Assembly: GCA_910592345.1 (NCBI GenBank)
Contig: CAJVPI010000339.1
Span: forward strand, 1-34,466
Length of the DNA stretch: 34,466 nt
Source of the DNA: Paraglomus brasilianum
Lineage: Eukaryota
Direction: 5' to 3'
In this document: piece after piece, positions 26,038 through 34,466 of the stretch
Layout: each line of letters begins with the position of its first letter
How positions within the stretch are numbered: position 1 is the stretch's first letter
Made by a program: the position numbers and the translations under genes
The notes under the pieces: generated by a model
What the model was told of the DNA's origin: nothing
Databases searched by the model: none
What the model saw: only the letters and a program-made list of their open reading frames with translations

Positions 26038-27110
26038 CAAGTGAGTCTCAAAATAACGACACTGCTATATAACGACATATCGTTATACTGACAAAAATTC
26101 TAGATCAAAAAATCTATATAATGAAAGTTATTCGATGTAACGACATTATATATAAATTTTCGTTATAACGGTTGGACAAATCTTAATGTACCGGTATTTA
26201 ATATAACGACAGTCGTTATACGCAAATTTGAATCTCCTTTTTCTCAACTGAAATTACTTATCTCGTTCGTTTACTTAAGCATAAGGATTAATTCTTAATG
26301 ACATTAACAAAGCAGAAAAGGTAGGCAGAAATCTATCATAGTATTTTTGTTATAATGCTTGATTTAGGTGTCTCCACGTTCGAGACTGATAAAAATAAAT
26401 CTAAAAAAAAAAGTCTTACCGGCATTCAAAAAAAACCCAAAACGACTCTGTCAGCGAGCGCGCGACACCAATAACAGCTGGCAATGAATTCAAAATAGGA
26501 CGGCCCTCTGTCACTGAAATTCTATTAAAATCCGATAGATGGCTCAATGTCGAAAACGATACCGTTATAAACGACGACGCACCATTATTTCCACAGATCG
26601 AAAACGCTTTGATTTGGCATTATGGTTTGATAATGCTATTGAATGCGGAATCTCGGTTAGTGGTCCTATTCTTCAAGAAAAAGTGTTAGACTAAATGTAC
26701 CAGATGCGCATCTATCAAAAGGCATAACATTTTTGAGGTTACCAGATGGTGTGCTAGCTGCTTCACCCGATTTGAACGTCTTCTAGAATACCGAATGAAT
26801 CTGCAAACGAAGACAACTAATTACAATAGATCCGACATTTATAATTGTGACGAAATTGCCTTGTACTGGGACTTAATGCCATCCAAAACTTCTGCTCATA
26901 GTAGTTTATCCGGGACAAAAATCGTGTGCTAGCGGTGATAAACTTCCACCCCTCCTGAATTTAATACTCCACGTACTCTAAAAGGAATCGGTAAAGAAAG
27001 TCTACCTGCTTATTACTATTGGAGCAAAAATGCTTGGATGCAGACAAGTATATTTCAGCCAACATACACACCGTAAAATTCTCTTGATACTGAATAATGC
27101 TTCATCACAT
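26038..27110 (+). mobile_element. pogo/Tigger transposon with a decayed transposase (HTH + CENP-B HTH + DDE_1), 3' truncated
   Basis: TA followed by the TIR caagtgagtctcaaaataacgac. Frameshifted motifs EFKIGRPSVTEILLKSDRWL, FPQIENAL, ISVSGPILQEK, IYNCDEIALYWDLMPSKT, LPAYYYWSKNAWMQTSIF and RKILLILNNASSH. Confidence 0.9.
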
Positions 27111-27209
27111 AAGTGGAATTGTACACACGTGATCTGATGGTTGTTACTGTCATACATCAGGTAGGTGGGATTATGTCTTGCATAAGCACTGGGCAACGAT
27201 TCATTCATT

Positions 27210-28993
27210 ATGGAATCGTGGAGTAATATTAAGCATAAATATGATGGTGATATACAATTGATTGAATACAATCTATTGACGAACGTACAAGAGACGGCAT
27301 CATTACGCCATGGATGCACACATGTAGCAGATTGGTTAGAACCGAGAACAGAAGAATCGACGAGAGTGATGCTCAAAAAGATAGTTGACGAACAAGACAA
27401 TCAGTTATTTGATTTTCATCAGGTAAATTATTTAATGTGTAAATGCAAATTGTATTATTAACATTTGTACAAGTGAAACTCGATATAAGAAGCTCTCGAT
27501 ATAAGAAACACTAATTAAAATTTGATATAAGAAAGTTGATCTAAAAAATAGTCTATATGAAACTATCTCCATATAAGAAAGTTACTAATAAACTCTCGGT
27601 ATAAGAAAGATTCTAAGATTTTTTACTATGAGTCCCGATCACTTTCTTATATCGCGAGCCACTTGTTTTGCATGTTTAAATTGACCATTGTTGTAACAAC
27701 TGTATTTGTTTACTCAAATAGCTAACTAAGGAATACCCTGAAATATTAACATCGGATAATGTTTGGATAATTGGGATCACTCAGGAGCCATCTATGCGGG
27801 AATATTATTTAGTTTTCTACCACGACATACGTGAATTAATGGATAGCTTTATACGAAAGAATAAACATGCAAAGTACATGCAGTATAGCGACTTTTATGA
27901 ACTCAAAACTATCTTACCTGGAGGTTACGGATCAGTCTATACTGCCAAATATAAAGGAGAAGTGATTCGGCCACAAACTGTTGTACTCAAACGGTTTAAG
28001 AGTTTTGAAATGCCGGAATTATTTATTTCCGAGGTAAGCAACATTGCTGATGTTATTAATTAAAGGGATCTCTGTATTTATCTTTATTCAATAGTTCAGA
28101 AATCATGCCAAGTACACTAGTGATGATTCTTTCCTTGAACTTTATGGATTGACACAAGACCCGGAAACAAAAGAGTACATGATTGTTATGCAATATGCTA
28201 ACAACGGTTGTATTTTGTCTTATGTGGATCAAAATATTAACAATTTGACGTGGAAGATGAAATTAGAGCGTTTGCAGAGAATTGCATGGTATCTGATCAA
28301 TATTCATGAACTAGGTTTAGTGCATTGTGATCTACATGGCGGACACATAAGCTTGCATGATTGCAATGAATCATTAATGTGCTATATTGGTCGCTTACGA
28401 TCAATGAGGTCACACGGGTTCAATTTAGCCATTCGAGGCGTTCTACCCTTTATTGCACCGGAAGTCTTCCATACCTGTAGATTTACTCCGGAATTAGATG
28501 TGTATTCTTTTGGTATCATTATGTATTTGGTTGCTACTGGTGAACCACCTTTTAGAGATAGGCAGTTCGATAGAAATTTAGTATGCGATATTATGGGCGG
28601 ACTACGACCATCGATGCCTGATTCCGCACCAGAGGAATACAAGAAACTTGCCGAGCGGTGTTGTGATTCTGATCCTGATAAGCGTCCAGATGCACGGACA
28701 CTTTATAATAATATTTGCGATCTTATTTTAAAGATGGCCAAGGATGATTCTGACAATAACATGTGGAATGCTATTTATCATAATGATGTAAGACTTCTAT
28801 CATGTCTTGAGAAGGAGATTAAATATTCTAGTACGCTCTTACCTACTGGAAATTTGCCTAAACCGACAAATAGCTACGATTTGGATTCAGCTGCAGGTAT
28901 GAAGACATCAATTGGTTTTGGATGAAGTCAATTTACAATAGTAACATCGTCACTGCTTATGATTTAGTGACTCAACAAACGCTCTTTGAATAA
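27210..28993 (+). CDS. Tyrosine-kinase-like protein kinase with an extra N-terminal kinase N-lobe; probably catalytically dead, 5' end damaged. Exons 27210-27422, 27722-28033, 28095-28896, 28968-28993 (about 450 aa)
   Basis: GGYGSVYTA, VVLKRF, LYGLTQDPETKEYMIVMQYANNG, HCDLHGGH, GVLPFIAPE, DVYSFGIIM, TGEPPF and CCDSDPDKRP. GT-AG introns preserve the frame. No DFG/DLG motif is present. It may be a young pseudogene. Confidence 0.82.
27470..27665. mobile_element. pogo/Tigger-type MITE inside kinase intron 1
   Basis: TA followed by caagtgaaactcgatataagaa ... ttcttatatcgcgagccacttg. Several internal tataagaaa repeats. Confidence 0.85.
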
Positions 28994-29101
28994 ACTTGTA
29001 ATTTGCGGTTTATTTACATTTTATGAGTTCGAGTTTTATTCAAGGATTTATTACTCTTCCAATTAAATTAATTGATACGATACGTGGTATGCTTCCATGT
29101 A

Positions 29102-29700
29102 CGTGGGGTGGTTAAAAAGTTTTGATCGCCTAATATTTATTCAAAAATGTGCATGAAAATTTACAAATAAATTACACAAGCCTTCAAAATAGTTTCCTTA
29201 AACCTCTACTATATACAAATTTTCAGCCGTCTCTTCCAACCCTTCGAAGGATTTGTAATAGTTCTCTTTTGGGATGCTGTAAACCACTGCCTGAACACCA
29301 TGCGCAAGACTATTTATCTCATTATAACTCCTTCCTGCAAGCTCTTTTTTTAGTCTTGGAATTAAAAAAAGTCACAGGTTTGGAGGTGAGGGAGTAGTTT
29401 ACTTGCTCCTGTTGTAACAGTCTCTTGACTAACTTATGCTTATGTGACTGTGCGTTATCAAGCATGACGTTTTTCTCGAAAATTATGGAATAATCTCATA
29501 AAGGATTTCAATTTCTGTGTGAAAAAGTGACTGGTTTATAAATCAGAATGAATGGCAAAAATCTGCTCCGTCACTGAATGATGTCCCACGGTAAATTTCA
29601 CGACCAAATTGTGTACATCTTTTGCGTCTTACCGATGATAAAGTACATAAAAATGGTTTCTTAATGTTGTAGACATCTCAAATAGATTCAAATGTTCTAT
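29102..29700 (-). mobile_element. mariner-family transposase remnant with one surviving TIR
   Basis: Minus-strand frameshifted motifs MLDNAQSH, PCDFFLIPRLKKELAGRSY, IPKENYYKSFE, WKRRLKICI and GNYFEG are typical of mariner C-termini. The terminal ta|cgtggggtggttaaaaagttt is mariner-TIR-like. Confidence 0.8.
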
Positions 29701-30274
29701 ACCTTTGACGTCAAGAAACAGTTCGGAAGTCGCAAAGTCAATCTATGACGACATAAATATTACTTACCTGCCCAAGTTATTACAATGAATGGAGACAGAG
29801 ATTTTATGGGCAAAACTTCCGGATTAATGCGAGGCCATGATGTTACAGTTCGAGTAATTGGCACCTATAATCATCGAAAGCTAGCAACAGTAGAATAATT
29901 AATAAGACGCTTGCGCGTAAAATCCAATTTACAGTTTAAATCTCAAGTCCTAGAGCATGGGTTAGGCATTTACCCAAAGTCCTTAATTTTTAAATAATTA
30001 TCCAGCGCGCGTCTTATTAGAGCTCCGCGATCAGCAATAGCCATAACATAAACATGTAACTTTTTTGTCTCTCAATACATGAAAAATATTCTTTATACAT
30101 TATAGCTTTCGGCTCGAATTTTTTATTGCACTGCTGATAAAAATGCTTGATATACGTATATCACTCCTCGTACATAGTCAAAATGAGGCAAAATGTTGTG
30201 TCTATTGCACAGATAAAACGCGGATGACTGTCTAATGCATTGACAAAAAATATTTCACAAAGAAAATGCATACA

Positions 30275-30965
30275 CAGTGAAACTCGATATAACGGAGAGA
30301 CCATTTCCTCCGCTAGATAGATAGTTCATGATTACCGGATATTTTAATAATTACGGAAATCTAACAAGTCATTATATCATCAACAATTCAATAGTAAATT
30401 TATTACAGGTTAATTGACACTAGATTCGCAAATTTTTCCAACGTAGTTTGTTTCTTCTTTTCAATGCTTTTGCATGTAATGGGTCTTCTGACATTATGTA
30501 ACTTCTTCATTAATGATGTGCTATAATTCTGTTAAATACATTTCACCATATTATCAAGCCCTACTATTGCATTATTGACAATCTCCTTTTCTAATTCTGC
30601 TTCTACGGCTCCAAAATTTTTATCCTGATTTGTCACCGTAGGGTGGGGGTGGGGAGAATATCAGCTACGTCTAATTGCATCTATTGTAACGTTTTCTCGC
30701 GCAAAGTTAATTACGACAAATATTAGTTACATACAGATTAAAAGCGACAATATTCACACCGAAAATTACTTTAAAACTGTAATTTACGTGTATTTATTTT
30801 TTGTGCGTCACTTAAAGTAATTCGCTAGAAACCAACACTAATGAAAAAGATTAGAAATACCCGAAGAACTTGTTTACCAAACAATGTTATACTCGAATAA
30901 ATTGATACAATTTGATTACCAGATTGTAATATTTAATATGGACTCCATTATATCAAGCATATTTT
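30275..30965 (-). mobile_element. Degraded non-autonomous pogo/Tigger derivative
   Basis: TIR cagtgaaactcgatataacggag at 30275 and a decayed inverted copy ctccattatatcaag at 30943-30957. The minus-strand KSIEKKKQTTLEKF resembles a Tigger transposase C-terminus. Confidence 0.65.
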
Positions 30966-32289
30966 TATTATAACTGACATCATGTAATTCACCGGAGTCC
31001 GACTATTGGTTAGTTAAACTAAAATTTGGTTGTCCCGTTCCGTTCAGGAATAAATCGGTGTTTCAGAACAGAAGCGATCTGACGGACTATTATAATTAAT
31101 ATCACATTCGATGAGTTTTCCCCCTCTTTCGTTGCAACAAATTAAGCCATCTGACCTAGGGTGCTCTCATCAGCTACCTACCCTATCAGGTTTGGCAATC
31201 GAAGTTGCTAAAATTAGCAATCACTATAGGTGGAATACCATAAACAAGAATTGTTGGTGATTAACAGAAATTTTCAGTAATCATGCCATTTATATTATTT
31301 TTTCTATTATTACTATTATCATCAAACAATAAAGAAATCTGTTCACTTCATTGGCAAGAGCTTATGAGCCCTTTAACTTATCTACTTGCCGAATCTGTCA
31401 GAGGAGGTGAGCACACCTAATTGTTTGTTTTTGTCATCGTCTTAACCTTACGTAGCAAAATTAAGACTTCGTATTGTCATAAGACTTTTTCTCGAATTGT
31501 TTACGCGATCATCGTCTTAATCAAACCTTACGTAATGTTTTTTTAACAAGTTAAAAGAAAAGCTTACATCGTTATTATTTCAAATAATTGTTCAATTGAG
31601 ATTGTATGTGATGCTTGAAAGCAGCCGAAAGTATAAAAAAAGTAAAAAATGGCGTAGTTTCGTAAACTTACATTGTCCTCATTGATTGCACCTTACGTGA
31701 TGCCTGTGATGCCTGAAGCCAAGTGTAAAACGACATGTGCATTACGATATATCGTATATCCGTATTTATTTAAACAAACATTAAGCGATGTTTGCCAAAG
31801 TTAAACTTACAATGTCATGTCGTTCATTTTCAACAAAACATTGATTGGGAAACATTTTTGGAAGTCACAAATTCGTGTATATGTATTATGATGTCACATA
31901 TTCAACGAGCCTTACGTGATAGTAAATGTCTGACAAAGTGTCGTCATTCAAACAACATTCGATTAAAATATTACATGATGCCGAATGAACGAAAGTCAAC
32001 ATTTGTATTTGCAATGTCATATATACTCGACAAAACTTACTTTTTTCTTTTGCAAGCAAAAGATTACGTAAATATTTTTTCCCCTTCTATTAAAATTTCT
32101 TCCGCATATCTACCTTCTAATACTCTCTCTAAAAATAAACCCAGAATGCCTGTTTCCATTTCCGTGATCGTTCACATTGCCCAACAAATGATAGAATGAG
32201 TATATAGAACTATCGTTTACCCAATATCATATGCAAATAATACGATTCAGTTCCCCAGGAAGATTCTGAGGAAGTGAATCTTCAACTGG

Positions 32290-33130
32290 TGATGCATTGC
32301 AGTTGGAAACAGTCTACTTATTATAGTAAAATTCACGTATTTAATTAACGATGGCTCCCTCGACATAATGGTTATTTCTCATGTCAAACTGCCTATCGAA
32401 ATAGAATGCCACGATTTATAGGCAAGATAGAAATCAGCTCGCTAAAATTAACATCGACGAATCTCGGTATTAATGTCTTTGTTGTAGGCGGCTTAGCCCC
32501 ATCCACTTTTTCTGACACAACCCGATGCCGGAAATTAGACTAGGCAACATCTCACATATTACTTGGGATAAACTCGTTCAAAAAACTGCTTAGTATAAAT
32601 ACTGTCTAACAAAATCACTTGTAACAGCCATATACAATCTCATACAAACAACAAACTGCTGACAGATAAACCGTATCATAAACAATGCTTTACCTTTAGA
32701 AACAACAAATTTTTAATATCTAATACTCTAGACTTTATAAACGGCGTCCAACAAAAACCCGAAACTGTACAACTTTAAAACCACCCTGTTACCATCTATA
32801 CATATCCGACAAGAATCTTGGGTTTGAACAACACTAATGGATAAAAGTATTTGCATCGCGGCACTATCGGAATCATTATTATCTGCAAGTAGCATTCTGT
32901 GTACAGAATGCAATAGTCGATTGTTGGATGCAAAACCACATTTGCTTACTTCTATTCATCGGGACAGAAGGCATCCAATTTCCTCTGCAAAACTCATTCG
33001 CTTTAAGAAACATTTTCTCCTGGCCAAGCTTATGTCGCTCTTAGTAGTTGCCCCGTCTCAGTATCACCATACTGCACAAGACTGCTTTCATAACAGATCA
33101 AGAGAGTATGCAGTCACACAACCTGCTAAC
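32290..33130 (+). pseudogene. PIF1-family helicase remnant, probably Helitron-derived
   Basis: Frameshifted or deleted motifs in the correct order: GINVFVVGGLA (cf. GGxxvivvGDxxQL), EIRLGNISHITWDKL (32531), LMDKSIC..GTIGII, QFPLQNSFAL (32976-33005) and FSPGQAYVALSS (33013-33048). Confidence 0.85.
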
Positions 33131-33475
33131 TTTTGTAATTTAATAAATTAGAATATTATTACGTCTTCAATCAAGTATGACATGTATGTGATTTGTAGTT
33201 TGTTATTTATGATAAATCAATGATAATCATAAATTCGATACCAAACCAATAGTTACAAATCCTCATCAGTCCTTGTCAGACAGAATCCAGTTGTCTTAAA
33301 CTAGAAAGTGGCGTTAGACATTGAGTGTTATATGTTAGTGGACGGGTGTGAATCTTAATGACCGAATTGGTGATATTTTGATTGGATGGATCCGATAATC
33401 AATTTGTCGTACAAAAAATCAGACATGTTTGCGTTTATAATCTTGACTATTACCTATTAAACAATCATAACAAAC

Positions 33476-34466
33476 ATGAGTTCTATCACACATGAAATCC
33501 TTTTCAAAAGGTATGAAAATGCTGCTGAACAAGGAGATGCTGATGCACAAAATAATTTTGGTTTGTGTTATCAACATGGTACTGGTGTAGAGAAAAATGA
33601 ACAAAAGGCAGCTGACTGGTATCAAAAAGCAGCTGAACAAGGACTTGCTGCAGCACAATCCAATCTTGGTTGGTGTTATCAACATGGAATTGGTGTAGAG
33701 AAAAACGAACAAAAAGCAGTAGAATGGTATCAAAAAGCAGCTGAGCAAGGACATGCTGGTGCACAAGCTAATCTTGGTTGGTGTTATGATAATGGAACTG
33801 GAGTAGAAAAAGATGAACAAATGGCAGTTGAATGGTATAAAAAAGCAGCTGAACATGGACATTCTCATGCACAATCTAGTCTTGGTGTGTGTGATGAACA
33901 TGGAACTAGAATAGAAAAAGATGAACAAAAGGCAGTTGAATGGTATCAAAAAGCAGCTGAACAAGGACATGCTTATGCACAATTTAACCTTGGTGTTTGT
34001 TATGAGCATGGAACTGGTGTAGAAAAAGATGAACAAAAGGCAGTTGAATGGTATAAAAAAGCTGCTGAACAAAGACATGCTCAAGCACAATTTAATCTTG
34101 GTGTGTGTTATCAGCATGGGATTGGAGTAGAGAAAGATGGAGAACAAGCAGTTGTGTGGTATAAAAAAGCAATTGAACAAGAATATGCCTATGCACAAAA
34201 TAATCTTGGTACATGTTATAAGTATGGAACTGGTGTAGAAAAAGATGAACAAAAGGCAGCAGAATGGTATCAAAAAGCTGCTGAACAAGGACTTGCTGCA
34301 GCACAATCCAATCTTGGTTGGTGTTATCAACATGGAATTGGTGTAGAGAAAAATGAACAAAAGGCAGCAGAATGGTATCAAAAAGCTGGTGAACAAGGAC
34401 ATGCTGGTGCACAAGCTAATCTTGGTTGGTGTTATGATAATGGAACTGGAGTAGAAAAAGATGAAC
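33476..34466 (+). CDS. Sel1-like repeat (SLR) protein with at least nine 36-aa repeats; open at the window end
   Basis: Stop-free frame from ATG 33476. Units follow xAxAQxNLGxCYxxGxGVEKDEQKAVEWYxKAAEQG with 108-bp periodicity. It is absent from the ORF track because there is no stop within the window. Confidence 0.95.
   Translation, partial: MSSITHEILFKRYENAAEQGDADAQNNFGLCYQHGTGVEKNEQKAADWYQKAAEQGLAAAQSNLGWCYQHGIGVEKNEQKAVEWYQKAAEQGHAGAQANLGWCYDNGTGVEKDEQMAVEWYKKAAEHGHSHAQSSLGVCDEHGTRIEKDEQKAVEWYQKAAEQGHAYAQFNLGVCYEHGTGVEKDEQKAVEWYKKAAEQRHAQAQFNLGVCYQHGIGVEKDGEQAVVWYKKAIEQEYAYAQNNLGTCYKYGTGVEKDEQKAAEWYQKAAEQGLAAAQSNLGWCYQHGIGVEKNEQKAAEWYQKAGEQGHAGAQANLGWCYDNGTGVEKDE

Noticed and set aside
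31105..31190. Minus-strand CUGAUGAG...CGAAA as a hammerhead ribozyme
   Set aside because: Stem II does not pair, and no stem I/III with a cleavage triplet could be formed.
31792..32199. 135-aa plus-strand ORF
   Set aside because: Non-ATG start, lies in a motif-repeat region, and shows no protein-family signal.
33419..34414. 331-aa hydrophobic, Cys-rich minus-strand ORF (also 33504-33764 and 34092-34412)
   Set aside because: Antisense shadow of the Sel1 repeat ORF on the plus strand.

Overview
Eukaryotic, AT-rich, intron-containing DNA. The gene families present (Crinkler, tyrosine-kinase-like kinase, Sel1-repeat, sacsin-BTB) point to an early-diverging fungus of the Mucoromycota, such as Glomeromycotina or Endogonales; this assignment is an inference. 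The window has two compartments. The first (1.2-15.5 kb) is a compact block of intact genes: a sacsin-like HATPase fused to BTB, coatomer zeta, an NAD-dependent epimerase/extended SDR, and the T7-like mitochondrial RNA polymerase RPO41. The second (15.8-34.5 kb) is a field of decayed transposons: several pogo/Tigger remnants and MITEs, a Tc1 remnant, a mariner remnant and a PIF1/Helitron helicase remnant. It also holds a truncated Crinkler gene, a kinase with a duplicated N-lobe and damaged catalytic motifs, and an open Sel1-repeat gene with near-identical 108-bp units and hypervariable positions that runs off the window end. There are also signs of cryptic short-exon genes that the ORF track misses. 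All calls come from manual reading and translation; no database search was run.
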